From assembly GCF_009914755.1 (NCBI RefSeq), contig NC_060937.1: a DNA stretch of 64,000 nt. One strand, 5' to 3'. The stretch comes from the human T2T-CHM13v2.0 reference genome, Homo sapiens. Positions 28,573 to 43,241 of the stretch are shown here, one piece after another (position 1 is the first letter of the stretch; every line of letters begins with the position of its first letter). The notes under the pieces were generated by a model. It was not told where the DNA came from. It worked only from the letters and a program-made list of their open reading frames with translations, and ran no database searches. The translations under genes and the position numbers were made by a program.

Positions 28573-31500
28573 ATAATTATGATATTACTTTTATATCTAT
28601 TTGTACTTCTAGACTCTTAATTTCATATACACAAACCTTTGTCATACTTACCTCTTTATTCCATGTACTTATCACATAGCTCATGTTCAATAGATTCTTT
28701 TTAAGTAAGCAGATGGCTAGATGGATGAAGGAATAAGGAGAATGAATAATCATAAATTAAAAAAATAATTTGGCCACTAAAATATCCAGTGGAAGGGGAA
28801 TATTTAACTTTTCCCATTTGGTTTTACTTCGATATGTCATTTTCTAATGGTAATTTTTTAAAAAGCTTTAAGTAACTACACATAAATACATGTACAATTT
28901 AATTGTTGGTATTTACTTAGTTTTTGTGAATGCTGAAAATCTAAAGTGAGGGTATAATAACACCAAAGTAGGGGATCTGATACCAGATTTAAATAGACTG
29001 ATTTTGTTATGTAGGAAATATAAGAAACAGTAGTAAAAACTGCATACCAAAATCAAGCTGCCTTTAGCACCACTTCAAATAATATTTTGCTGTGTTTATA
29101 AGGATGAGATTTGTTTCTGGAAAATTACCAGATGCTCACAACGTTAAGGTCAGTTCAATATTTATTCTGTGTTGAAGAGGCCATGCATCAATTTCAATGT
29201 TCTGTATTCCTTCTTTAGGCTTTTGCTTGCACTTGATAAAATGTATATCTACGGTTAGATGTTTAATTAAGAAATGTTTTGCCAACAGTGTACATAGCAT
29301 GGCTTTACACAGTTAAAATTTCTTGGTGGCTCTTTTAAACAACTCCCAACATGTAATGCTGCAGGCTGCTTTAGGCTTCAAACATGTATATGTTCTCTGT
29401 TATCATGTACTTGCTTGTTCAGGTTATTTTATCTTAGATTTTTGGTAATGTTATGAAGCACTGCTTTGTATTTTTCTATCATCTGTCCACATCATACTGT
29501 GAAGTAAGTGTTATTTCATCATCTGGGTGAAAATGTTGTTAAGATAGAATGCAACAGTTTCAAACTGTGTTATAAGCAACAACCAATATCTATCAGTAGC
29601 TGAAGTGAAGTGGATGAAGAAGGTGACAGCACAGCTATCTTTCAAACAATTCAGATAGTTATTTGATAACTACCTTCATTGTTACCATATTTCTTTGCTT
29701 TACTTCCATATCTGATTTTTCACATGTATTCTAGCATGTGTCACTGCTTTGAAGGGGCCAAGCTGGATAGAAATAAATATCTAAAAAATGGAATGCTATT
29801 TTTTAAGTAGTCGCATTACACTCAAATATAACAGATTAGAATTATTTCTAAATTAGACTAGCCTTTCTGAAAAAGGACAATTACATGCAGTCCTGTAACA
29901 TATGTAAGTCTATACAAAAGAATATAGTCCATATATATATTTAATTCTAAATTCTAGATTATATAAAGTTTATAATCAACAGTGTCCACAATAAGAACTC
30001 ATTGCAGCCTTATTAAAACCTACTGAAATATTGTGAAAGAAACTGCAGCCAGGCATTAATACTAGGTGATTATCAGAAGAAAATAGTTTAGAGACTTGAT
30101 TGCAATTATAAACTGTTTAATTCACAAAGCATGCATTACATTCTATTATTTAGAGTGTTTGTAGCCTATGTCTATTAGAGAAACTGCATACTAAACCATT
30201 TCTCTCAGCTAGTCAAAATAGGCACTTTCATAACACCAATGTAGATTTCTTTATGCGGCTTCAACTTCATTTTAAAATCTGCTTGAGTCATTTATTGGAA
30301 CAGAAATAAAGTCATTTCAAAAGAATGTTGTCACAAGATCAATATCTTTGAAACTATGCTTTGGCTGTGACTGAGCATTTTTGTAGACTTAGAGCCTGTT
30401 ATATGGTGATAGAATTCCAGATCAGCTGACATTCCCTTTCACTTTTTAGCATCACCATAGTATTGTCTGCTGTTGTTGCTCATTAAATAGTGACTTAATA
30501 CTTTTGACATGTGAAAAATTATATATCTTCATTCAATTATCTATAGAAATGTGCATCCTCGATATGATTTTCCTGTGCTATTTCATATCATTGAATGCAT
30601 TAAAATTTTTGAGCCATAGAATGAAAGAATTATTAGTATCAAATATTTCTAAGCATCAATTAAGAGTTCATAAATTGAATGGGAAGAAAAAGTATGGGGC
30701 AGTTGATCCCTTGATATCACCACCTGGACACCAAAGTGATGAATCTGATGTGCCTCTTAACTAAATATCATTATCTTCAAATCTACTTTGTGAAAGGCTT
30801 TCTTTTTATTATTACTTGACTCTCCTTAAAAGTGCTCACTCGCGTGTCAATGGGGTGTGTCTTGACACCTGTATCTCCATACTATGTATGTGCCTGCAAT
30901 CCTTAGCTTAACTCTGGTCTTAGACCAAAATAATATTGATACAGGGTTGGTGAAGGAAATGGAGGCCCCTTAGGTCTTTCTTTTCTTTGCTTCTTGGTTT
31001 TTTTTCCCCTTTCCTTGGGCATATCCTTCCAAATCACATTTAGTCTTCTCACTTATACCCTCCTTCCCTCTGCATCATCTGAAACTCTCGCTCTTTAATA
31101 AACAAACATTCCACACTCATTTACTTCATAGAAAAGTTATTCTCCACTATTGCTAAATTAAAACCTAGGTATTTCCCATTGATGTTTTCCTTCAGGCTTG
31201 TCAACTAGAAGCTGTGCCTTCCCTGATACTCTACTCATTAAAGGGCTGAGAGGTAGAAGAATAATTTACAATAACTTCCAGACCACTACTTCTCAATTCA
31301 CACAGAACAAAAACCCTCTGCTCCTTGTGAATTTTCTGCAGTCCCATTCCATCACTTTCCACTATGCATTGCACTTGACATCTTTTAACTTCCAAGGTCA
31401 GTTACCTATATTCAATGAGAAGACAAGTAAAAAAAAAATGGTTTTATTCCTTATCACTGAACATGTAATTGCTCAGGTCTATTTTTAAATTCATATATAA

Positions 31501-34500
31501 TAAGAATTAAAATATAAAGAAAGATGCTCCTAGTCTTCATTAAATTTAGTCGTTTTACTATAGTCTACAGCCATGATCTTACTCAATACTTTTTCAACAT
31601 AAACTACGATACCACTGTGAGCACACTCAAATCTATTATCTAAACATTAATTATAATTTCTTATCTCTTAGTGGTTTTTTCTTCACTCCTGAAAACAGCT
31701 ATTTCTGTTCTTTATTTCTTTTATGTCAATATCTAACATCCTCTTCTTGTAGTTACATAAGCCTAAGTATCATAGACAGAATATTCAAACATACAGTTTT
31801 GCATAGGCATTATCAACACCATGGACTATTTGCATTTTTACTGTCATATCCCTAGCATATCATAATCACTGACTTAGTTAACAATTCAGTATTTCAACAT
31901 TTCTTTGAACAAGTGAGGTATCAGCCCCAGCTGGAGAAAATACACATTAAAAATTGGTACCGTTAATAATAGAAAGGCATTAGGGGTAGTTGCAACTTTA
32001 AAATTTTTCTTTTATCTTTTGCTGTATTAGTTCAGCATATCTTGTAATTTTTCTTGATATCTATCTGAAAGGTTCTTATTCAACTCAAATTCCATCCCCC
32101 TTTCCTAAGCACATAGTTTCACTTCCAATTTGCCAAATGAGATAGGTGTTACCGGGAAGGGACTTTTCAAATCTCTAAATGTAATATTGATTATTTTTCA
32201 ATTTAATCTTTATTAGTTTATTTTTCTTAATCAGGTAAGATTCTTTCACGTCATTGCTCAATCCTATTCATTCTTAGTATCTTGTGAAGCTTTCTCTATT
32301 GATAAATCCTTCTTCTCTACATTTTCAAGAAATTTCTTTCCTTGCTTCCTACTTAGCTTTTAAAATACATGCAAAACTTTGTCTCTCCCTATTTAACACA
32401 CTATTCCTCAAATTGCCTTCAAAGCAAAGTTAACTATTACCACTGCATCAAAATTCATTAACATTTCATCCTACTGCAAAGTGGGTATAGAAATGCCTCC
32501 TCAGTCAATCAGGAGGAACAAAGGTACCAAAATGCTTCGAATGAGTTATATTCCTTAAAAGAGAATAAAACAACTCCTGAATATTCCTTCTTAGCTTAAA
32601 TAGTTCTTTCTACCCTTTAGAGCCAACATTGAACAAGGATGCAGTCTTTACTTAGTGAAAAATGAGGCACTAGGATAAATACCATCGTCCCTATTTAGAA
32701 GACAACAGGTGGTCATAAGTTCTCTCAACCTCTTTTTTTTCTTAGTTGATGAACACCTTTTTTGTTCTGTATGACTTCTTGAATTCTACTTAAACTGGTT
32801 GGGGATAAATAGTAGTAAGGGAGAAATCTATAGATTAAACACTATTTTGTACCAAATAATCAATACAGAAAAATAGACCAGGGCCCTGGAGAGAAAAAAC
32901 AGCATATTGGTAATGAGAAAGTTAAATTGAGTACGTTTTGAAGAATGGGATAATAAAATAAAGCAGCTGGTAGAAATCAACAACATTTTAGCAAGGAGGA
33001 TGAGAGAAACGAAGTCAAGAAAGAAAGAAGACCCATAACACGGCCAGGAGATCATGTACAGTTTGGGGAAGAATAGTTTCTTGATAAGTAAATTGATAAA
33101 ATATGTGGATATCTGTGTTAGCCTGGGTGGAGTAACAAAACAGAAAAATACTTCAGAAATAAGAAAGGAAGTCAGTTAAAAAGTTTATGAAGGGCTAAAA
33201 GAGCAAAAATACTATGGTGGATGCCAAAGGAGCAGACAAGAGGAGTGAGGAGTAATAGTATCAAATTTAGGGTAGCTTGAACATCTGGAGTCAATGTGCA
33301 CTGCAGCCTACTTAACTACTTCACCAGGGACAACACCGACCGCTTAAGGAAATGTTCTTTGTTTTGGCCATTGATTTATGGCTTTCCCTTTATTCAGTTC
33401 CTTTTGTTTAAGTATAAAGACATAATTTATGATTCATACAGATGCCTAAAATACTTTGGCTTTGATTGTTTGTTTTATATATCTAAAAGTGGTTAGTGAG
33501 CCTCCTAGAACTTTGACATTCTACAGGTTTTCTTTCTGAGATCTTTAATGTCCACAACTTGGCTATCTCTATTAAAAAAATAATTTCCTCATCTCTGAAA
33601 TATGGAAAAATGTCCTAATATATTCTCTGTGTAATTATTTTAGTTATCAAGTTACTACCTCATCAGTTGAAAACAAAGTGAAGTAAATGATAATCTCATA
33701 CACTGGTTAAGTATCTCACTTACCCTAAGCCTAAAAATATGAAGTATTTGTCCTACATCTTTTCATGACCTACATCATTCAAATATTTATGAATAATTCA
33801 AATAAAAAAATCAAATTCATGAACTTGAATGGTATAGATTTTTAGTGTACTCATCCTATAAATCAATATAAACCAGAATATAAACACTTTTCAGAAATGT
33901 GGCACTAAGTTGAATATTCAAGTAAACTTCATGAACAGTGATGAGGAAGATTATATAGAGTGCAACTACCAGTAATTTATTTAGGAAGTGGAACATCTAT
34001 GAGATATTTTCATGTGAAGAAGAAGTAACAGGGCTATCTACATGTGTTGTATAGGAAGCAGAGTCAAAAATATGCATATTTTATTTTGAAGAGGAAAGGC
34101 TGGGTATCTTTCTATTAGGATGCTCTTTTCTGCATCAAGTAGAAAGGAAATGAGTTGTGGTGCCCATGATGAAATCTGCTTATTCTTTTCCCTTTGTGTT
34201 ATAAACAACGAGTTAGTGAAAATAAAACTTGGCTTCATCTATTCCTAGCTTCCCTCCCTGTCTGCTAGCAGAAATCAAGGGCAAACTTTTGAACTAACTA
34301 TAAATGATAAATAAGGGTGTGGTAAGCATTCAATAGAAATACAAAAGAAGCAAATGGAAGAAGATGAATGGTTCTTTGTTTGGGAGGCTCAGGTTCTTTC
34401 TGAGAAGTACCAGGAGGTAAAATTAGATGTCAAGATTGTTAGTTCCTATATCAATGACAATAGTTGCCTTAAAACCTGGAAAGTATATCTGCTGCTTTTT

Positions 34501-34674
34501 TATTCCTTGTTGCTTGATGACACTTTCTAGAATAATGAGAATGTCTGCTTTATTACAGAACAGTTTCTCTCATCACCAGTAAATATTTCAAACAGAATAT
34601 TGAGTAGTTTTATCAAATATCTGATTGGTTGTAGATATTAGGTACACTTAAATAAATTAAATATTTTTATTGTA

Positions 34675-34920
34675 TATTTTGAGCATCTACCCAGTGATAA
34701 AAAGTTTCTAAGTTCTGGGATTATTGTCACAGATAAATCAGAACAAAATAACCAAAAAAATAAATAAATATACTGTAATATAAAAACAAGGAATGATAAA
34801 TGTTATAAAGAGAACTAAAGTATATTAGGGAAGAGCAAGTACTGTGAGTAGGTTAGATATTAAGATCAAGTGATCAAAGAAATTTCTGAAAACATTAAAT
34901 TTGTACATGATTTTAAATGA
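34675..34920 (-). mobile_element. L2 fragment
   Basis: TTGAGCATCTAC...AAGTTCTGGGA...; TGTTATAAAGAGAACTAAAG; degenerate. Confidence 0.45.
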
Positions 34921-36784
34921 AAATAGTTGAATATCCTTAATGAGAAGATTAAATAAAATTGCTCACTAAGATTTTCCTGTCTTTATTAGTTTACAATAAG
35001 AAAAAACATATTGAAAATGACAAAAAGGACCAATTTCTTGTCATGCTCCATGATGGTACTTAGCTAATCCAACTGCCAACCTCCCATTGATTTCAAAGAA
35101 TTGCTATGCTCAAATCAGCTCTGCAAAGATGCAGAGCAAATGAGAAATCGACTTAGAGATGCTTGACATCCAATATGCTTGCTTCAGCTTTTCTAACATA
35201 GATGAATATAACATTTTCTCAGGTTAAAAAAAAAAGCCCATTCTGCATGGCTTTATTGAAATTAAAGTTATTTTTTGCAAATATTTTTTCTAATAATTTT
35301 TTTAATAAATAATTAAGTCATTCTTATTTGTATTCTAACAAAGTATTAGTGAAAACTTTCATGGAAAATATGACTCAACATTCCATATTTTAAGAAAAAA
35401 TTTTCATCTGCTAAGAAAATAAATTATTGACTTAACTAGTCTAAGGTATAAAATTGTGGTAATTTTATATTACTATGCAGTACAAAAAAACTATGTAGAT
35501 AGATATATTTTGGAAATTATTTTTTGTGTATGTATATATATAAAATACATAAATATTATACAAAAACTCAACTTTATCCCAAACACTATCAAAATATCAG
35601 TGTACGCCCTACATTAAAAGAAACTAAATTTCAGTTTTCATCTTTAGATATTCTTTGCAACACTGCCAAGACCTTCCTTAAAAAAAGTAACAGTGTTCAT
35701 ACATATATAAATATCATGTTTCAATGTCTTCTCTGAGAGGTATACAATCCTCATAGATGGAGAGATTCAGAAGATGACAAAGCAGGTGCTGCTTCTTCTT
35801 TTCACTCATAATTATTGTCATATACTATATTTGTTTCCATAAATTATCCTGGTATTAATATAATTCAGAGTTTTAAAATGGATTTGTGACTTCATAGGCT
35901 CATTGCCTTATTCTGTTAGTAAATGGGCCATGATAAAACTTTTCACAATAAGGATTCTCACAGTTTTGGACATGAACTATCAGAAACATGTTATCAGCCA
36001 CCATTTACTCACCATATTAATAGAGGAATAAATTTTAATTTTTAGTAATTCAGAGTTAAGTCCAAGATATATAACTGGTGATAAATAAAAAATACAAAAA
36101 GAATCAGTACCATATTTTGCCATTATGAAAATATAAATATGATTTTATTGATAGATACTTATAGTATAATAGACACACACACACTTAATGTATATTTATA
36201 TGATAGGTATATTAGTTGTTAAGCATTCTTCCAATCACACCTTTCATATGACTTATTACAACCTTTTCATTTCAAGTTAGGTACTATCCCAATATAATAG
36301 TTCATATTTTTAAAAATTAGTAGATTGTTGTGTATTAGAATAAAATTTATTCTTCTCAAAAATGAAGAAGATGTTTTCTGTCTTGTTCTAACTTGTGAAC
36401 ACAGAAATCCTACAGATTTTATGATGAGCTTCAAGGAACACAGAGCAAGATAAAACAAGCCTAGTGCTACTGAGATCCGCCAGTCAGCAGGCATGATTTT
36501 GTATATCACTGTGGTCTCTTAAAAGATAGCAAAAATATATAGTGTTTGGGAAACTAATACTACGTGTTTCTCTCTGTTTATGGTCACAGTAATATATTTC
36601 ATGAATTTTCATTAAGTAGAAGATTTTTTTTCTGAAATAAAATTGATCATAGTTTGCAAAATTTTTAAAATAAAACTCCCTTTGTGAGTTAGTATAAGGA
36701 AGAAAACAAACCAAGAGTTATCTGTTGATTAAATATTTATTGAATTATTTAGGGTAATTATTTTTCTGGCATGGAATTGTGTTT

Positions 36785-36950
36785 TCATTCATTCACCCCA
36801 AAATCTATTCATTCAACAACGTTTTCTGTAAAATCTTATAGGTTTTCTATAATAGAATAAAAATTTATCATATGAAGATGATTAGGACAGATTTTACTCT
36901 CCATGGAAGTTCAAAACCTAATAGAAAACAAAAAGAATAAATATATAAAA
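36785..36950 (-). mobile_element. L2 3' end fragment
   Basis: (TTCA)n tail CATTCATTCA...ATTCATTCAACAA. Confidence 0.5.
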
Positions 36951-37156
36951 CAAGGCTGGTTGATAGAACTTTCTGCAATAATGAAGTTATTCAATATTGG
37001 TGCTTTCCAGTATGGTAGCCACTAGGCCTGTGTGGCTATTGACCACTTGAAATGTGGCTAGTATAACTGAGAAACTGATATTTAAAAATATTTACTATTA
37101 ACTAATTTAAAAAAAATTGTCGTATATAGCTGGTGACTACTATTACACAGTGCAGA
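36951..37156 (+). mobile_element. MER3 hAT-Charlie fossil
   Basis: ATAGAACTTTCTGCAATAATG...TATGGTAGCCACTAGG..TGTGGCTATTGACCACTTGAAATGTGGCTAGT. Confidence 0.85.
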
Positions 37157-37577
37157 TCTATATGACACTGTGTTAGAATATACTTGGGAATAAATATACC
37201 TTTTTAGTTTAAAAAAAGCCTAATTTTTGAACACCTTTCTTCTTTGGGCTTAGCACATTTTTAGAAGGTGGAGCTATATCTGAGAATAAGACAGAGAATA
37301 CCTGTATTAAAAGAGTTTAAATCTAGAGGGGTGAAACAAAATAAATATGATCTCTAGCTAGTAATAATAACTACCACAAAAAAAGAAAAAAGGCAGAAAT
37401 CAAAGTAAGTTACCAAAAGCTGCCTGCGGAGTACTCTTCATATGCAGGGATTAGTATGCCTTTTCTGATAAATTGACATTTGAATACAAACTTCAACAAA
37501 ATGTGAGGAGAAAGCCTGGTTGATATCTGAAGAAACATCTTTCAGGGCAAATAGAAAACTAACAGGTGGGAAGACCC

Positions 37578-38148
37578 CATTACATACACACTCTAAAGAG
37601 GATCTCATGATACCCAGCTCCTGAAATTTACGTTCTCCTGTGATTTTGTGTGTGGGCAAAACAGTAACTTGCTTTATGAATAGAATAATGCAAAGATAAT
37701 TGGATGTCACTTATCCAATTAGGCTGCAAAAAGTTCTAATACCTGTCCTGCTAGAAGATGCTCTCCCTGGCTGGCTTTGATGAAATAAGTAGCCATTTTG
37801 GAAAGGCCCATGTCACAAGAAACTGAGAGCAGCCTCCAGGAAACAACCAGCTAGGAATTGAGGGAAACCTCTGGGTTGTAGCTGGGAAGAAATTTGTCCA
37901 CTGGCCAATGGTATGCAAGGGGCTAATTTCTGCCAACAACAACTTGAGTTTAAAGGGGATCCTTTCAAAATCAAGCCTCAGAAAAAACTGCAATCCCAGC
38001 TGATGCCTTTTTGCAGCCTTGTGAGGCCCTGAAGAAGAGGACCCTGTAGATCAAGCTTGGGATCCTGAACTACAGAGACTGTGAAGTATTAGATGGGTGT
38101 GCTTTAAAATACTCTCTGTGTTAAAATGCTGCAAAAGATAATTAATAC
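37578..38148 (+). mobile_element. MLT1F-like LTR
   Basis: ACTCTAAAGAGGATCTCATGATACCCAGCTCCTG start; GCTGGCTTTGATGAAATAAG, GGCCCATGTCACAAGAAACTGAG, GCAGCCTTGTGAG motifs. Confidence 0.8.
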
Positions 38149-38284
38149 GGTCCTTAGGGAGGAGCACATTTTGCATGTTCTAAAGCAAAATGATAGTGAA
38201 TGGGTTCAGAGAAGAAGAGAAAAGTCATTTAGAGAATAAGAATTAAATCAAAATTTAAAAAACTTTCATTAAGAGTAAGGCATA

Positions 38285-38595
38285 GACATTTGGAGTGTTT
38301 TATTTACAAGATAATCATGCTGTGCATTTAGAAATTCTGCATAGATACTGGATGAAGAAAGGACCACAGGGAGCCATGTACAGTAGGAAGGAGGCCTGTT
38401 AGGTGGCTATTGGGATAAAATGAATACAAAATGAAGATGTCCTTGACCAGAGTGATAGCACTGAAAGTTCTGGGAAAGGGTAGAGTTCTAGATATGTTTG
38501 GAAACTGGCACAAATAATTTGTTGTCACTAATGAATTGGGATATGGATTATGAAAGAAAAAAAGAGATTATAATAAGCATAACAGTTTTGGCATT
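38285..38595 (-). mobile_element. L2 fragment
   Basis: GTTAGGTGGCTATTG, CTTGACCAGAGTGATAGCA, TTCTAGATATGTTTGGAA motifs. Confidence 0.55.
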
Positions 38596-38617
38596 CTAGA
38601 TTCGTGTAATAATTTTC

Positions 38618-38885
38618 TCCCTTCCCTACCCTTCCCTACCCTTCCCTTCTGCTTCCCTTCCCCTTCCTCCCCTCCCCTCCCCTTCCCCTCCCTCCCCTCC
38701 CCTCCCCTTCCCCTCCCTCCCCTCCCCTCCCCTTCCCCTCCCTCCCCTCCCCTCCCCTTCCCCTCCCTCCCCTCCCCTCCCCTTCCCCTCCCTCCCCTCC
38801 CCTCCCCTTCCCCTCCCTCCCCTCCCCTCCCCTTCCCCTCCCTCCCCTCCCCTTCCCCTCCCTCCCCTCCCCTCCCCTTCCCTTC
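38618..38885. repeat. Polypyrimidine minisatellite, 25-bp unit CCCCTTCCCCTCCCTCCCCTCCCCT (~8 copies) in the Alu tail position
   Basis: Direct reading; pattern recurs every 25 bp, with one shortened unit. Confidence 0.92.
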
Positions 38886-39165
<280 letters not shown>

Positions 39166-40333
39166 CGTGTAATGATTTTCATTGAACACATCTGTTTGTT
39201 TTTTTAATGATATAATTAGCGAAAAGTATATTTTGATTTTTTTAATTCAATTGAATCAATATTTAACTGCCTGCTGTATGTCTGAGTAAGGTAAATGACT
39301 CCTGTATATAAAAATGAACACAGATTGGGCAGGTCTACTAAAATCTATTATCAACCTGTATGTTTATATGTTTTGCTTTTCATTGTTTTAATGAAGTTTA
39401 CGACCATGAATTCAATGGATTTAAGCCATAAATAAAATAAATGTGAACATTCCATGTAGCTCATCGCTGAGAAAGAAAAATACAACAACATTGGGTTTTA
39501 TTTGGTTAATTCATTATATTTTCCAGAGAAATTACAAAATTTATTTATTTTATGTTAATATGTAAATTTCTCTTTACACTTTATATTTTAAAACCAAATA
39601 AATGCAAAATCTAAAATGAAATAATTGGCCTCATGATTCACTTTTTGGGGAAAAATAAAATACTGATTATGTACATACATATTCAAATACATGAAAATAA
39701 AGTATTTTTAAAGTGTATACCACCAAAATATTTAATGGATTATATTTTTGGCTTGATTTACATGATCTTCTGTGTTATTATTTTTCATCTTTCCATTTTC
39801 TTCCAAACACAGAACATGTACAAAATTTTCAGTAATACAAAATTAGATAACTAGAGAATTTAAAAAATACTTAAAATAGTTTTAACATAAATAAAATCAT
39901 GTCCTTCTAAATAGGAATATTTGAAACCAATCTTTCAATTCTCATTTCAGTCCAATGACCTCAAAAAGATAAATTATAATGCTACCTTAATGATAACTTA
40001 TAAATAGCATTGGCAAGGACTAGTCTTTTCATCATATGAGACACATTTCTTTTATGAATTTCTACCTGGACCACTTTGCTTTAGTATTTCTTCTTGAGAA
40101 ATTTTCAGTAAAATACAACTCTCCAATTACAGTAGCTATAAAATAATTATAGTTCTATATGGAATATGTTTTCATACATTTTTTTCTTGAATTAATATAT
40201 AATACCCTTCCATGTTAAATATCTTGAACACAATAAATGCTTTAAATAAATCACAAATGATTGTCACAGAACTTTTTTTATTTATTTAGTAATTATTAAG
40301 TACATTGAAAACCAAACGCAAAATTGTTTGTAG

Positions 40334-40658
<325 letters not shown>

Positions 40659-40762
40659 GAAGATTAGTTACTCTTAAATAAGCTAAGATATTGAGAAAAT
40701 TAGAGTAACTTTTCTATCAATAGTATCTAAAGACGAGTGTATTAATTTGTCTAGAAACGTTA

Positions 40763-41085
<323 letters not shown>

Positions 41086-41375
41086 GAAATGTTGTGTTCA
41101 TAGATTTCTTCCTAAATCAGTTGACTATGGACATAAATATATTATTGATTATTCTGAAGGCTTTATACAATGAGAGGGAAGATATTAGTGTAATATGCTG
41201 TATGAGGCTGTGATGGGAGGGATGAATTAGCCAAGATCAGAAATGTGCATGTTTTCTTTTTGGATTAAAAAAGTAATAGACTAAATAACTTTAAAAACAT
41301 ATTTTGTGGTAATATAAAGTCATTTCAAAAATAATTATTTTAGTTTCACGGAAATAATTCAAATGACATCCTTCT

Positions 41376-41606
41376 GGGTGGGGCACGGTAGCTCGCCCCT
41401 TGGCAACATACTGAGAACAAGTCTCTACAAAAAAAAAAAAAGTTAGTTGGGTATAGCATGATAAACTCCTGTAGTCTCAACTATTTAGGAAGCTCAGGTG
41501 GGAGCACTAATTGAGCCTTGGAGGTCAAGGCTACGGTGAGCCATAATGGAGCCACTGCACTCCAGCCTGGGCAACAGAGCAAGACCCTGTCTCAAAAAAT
41601 AATAAT
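41376..41606 (+). mobile_element. AluJ with left-arm internal deletion
   Basis: GAGGTCAAGGCTACGGTGAGCC...GCAAGACCCTGTCTC J diagnostics. Confidence 0.85.
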
Positions 41607-42070
41607 TTAAAAATTTCTTCTAAAATTAATTTTTAAGGGGTAACATGCTGTGCCTGTTTTTATATTTTGAGATCTCCTAAATAAATGTTCCAGTGTAAAT
41701 TATCATATGTCCTTTCTCTAGCAACATATGGAATAATTCCCAATCATTATTTGTACGTAGTGTTTTTTCTTTAAATCTATTTTGTTTTTATTTTGAAATG
41801 TTATCGTACATGTTGCTAACAATAATCAGGAATTATAGATAATTAATCTAGAATACTAGCCCCATTACTATTTCTTCTTCCGTCATGACCTGCAGGGAAA
41901 CAATATAGGAACACCCACTGGGGATATGACTGCCACATGTTAGACTATAAATTCAGTACATTGCATTGCATTCTCACTTGCAGTTTATAAAACAAAGTGA
42001 AAGTGTGAGTTGGGAAAAAAAGACAGTTGACAGAAAAGTATGACAATGAAGAAATGATGATGACTTTAAT

Positions 42071-42247
42071 CAGTCTTTCTCTAAATGTGTCTATGAAACT
42101 TCTAATGTAGAACCATCTGTGATGGTTGTTAAAAATGCAGATCCAGAGTACCTACGAAATTATTATTTCTGGGCATGAAGTTTGGGCATCTGCATTTTAA
42201 ATAAAAATACACCCTTGTCATGCACAATTACATTTAAGATGCACTGA
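42071..42247. mobile_element. MER5-type hAT-Charlie fossil
   Basis: TTGTTAAAAATGCAGAT and ATCTGCATTTTAA internal inverted motifs; CAG...CTG ends. Confidence 0.65.
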
Positions 42248-42706
42248 GCTGTGCTGTCTAGGAATAGAGAATATTTGTAAATCTGATTTTATGGTCTTAT
42301 AATAGTACCTTCCTAGACTTCTTTGTTGCTTATTGTTTTATGATTAGCTAGAAATATGAAGTCTCATAAATGGGAAATGAGGGAACTAATGGGGATTTTA
42401 GAAATGTACTAGCTTCTACCAAAATCTCATGAATCTGAAATACTTTTAACAATCATCTTGTTTTGTTATGTAAATATCATGTAATTATAGATAACATGCA
42501 AACAATGATCATCTTTATCTGTTAAAATCAAGAACAAGACAAAAAAGTGTGCTATTCAGAGCAGCTGACTTCTTGGAAGAAAAGGTTTGCTCTGACTGTC
42601 TTTCCTTTCAAATAAGATTTGTCCCTATCAGATAGAAGAAAAAAAAAAACCTAAAGTGTTCTATGTAAAAAGAGGTTATCAAATATTTATTTAGCAGTTA
42701 AAATCA

Positions 42707-43005
42707 GGCCAACCAAGGTGGCTCTTGCCTGTAATCCCAGCACTTTGGGAGTCCAAGGTGGGAGGATACCTTAAGGCCAGAAGTTTGAGACCAGCCTGTA
42801 CTAAATATAATGAGACCTTACCTCTACTAAAAACAGAAAAATTAGCCGGGCATGGTGGCATGCACCTGTAGTCCCAGTTATTCAGGAGGTTGAGTGGGGA
42901 GGATCCCTGAAATTCAGGGTTTGAAGCTGCAGTGAGCTGACTGTGCCACTGCACTCTAAGCCTGGGTGACAGAACAAGAAACTGTATCACATACACACAC
43001 ACAAA
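42707..43005 (+). mobile_element. AluJ with (AC)n-converted tail
   Basis: Diverged Alu; TSD-like AGTTAAAAT on both sides. Confidence 0.9.
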
Positions 43006-43207
43006 AGTTAAAATATTTCTTCAAGTAAACTTACACTTTTTTTAAAGCCTAGTATAGAACGCAGATAAAACCAAGCAGCCATTCTCCCCTTTTCCTGTAC
43101 CTTTTCCTATAGCCTCCCTTAAATCACTTTGTGGAAATCCCCAGGCCTTACAGAAAATAGTTATAAACCATTCCTCTAACCACGTAAGTAAACTAAAATT
43201 CCTTCAG

Positions 43208-43210
<3 letters not shown>

Positions 43211-43239
<29 letters not shown>
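43211..43239. repeat. (CA)n microsatellite
   Basis: Direct reading. Confidence 0.95.

Positions 43240-43241
<2 letters not shown>

Noticed and set aside
35078-35140. CTCCCATTGATTTCAA motif and 8-bp hairpin GCTCTGCA-AAGA-TGCAGAGC
   Set aside because: Too short to separate from chance without conservation data.
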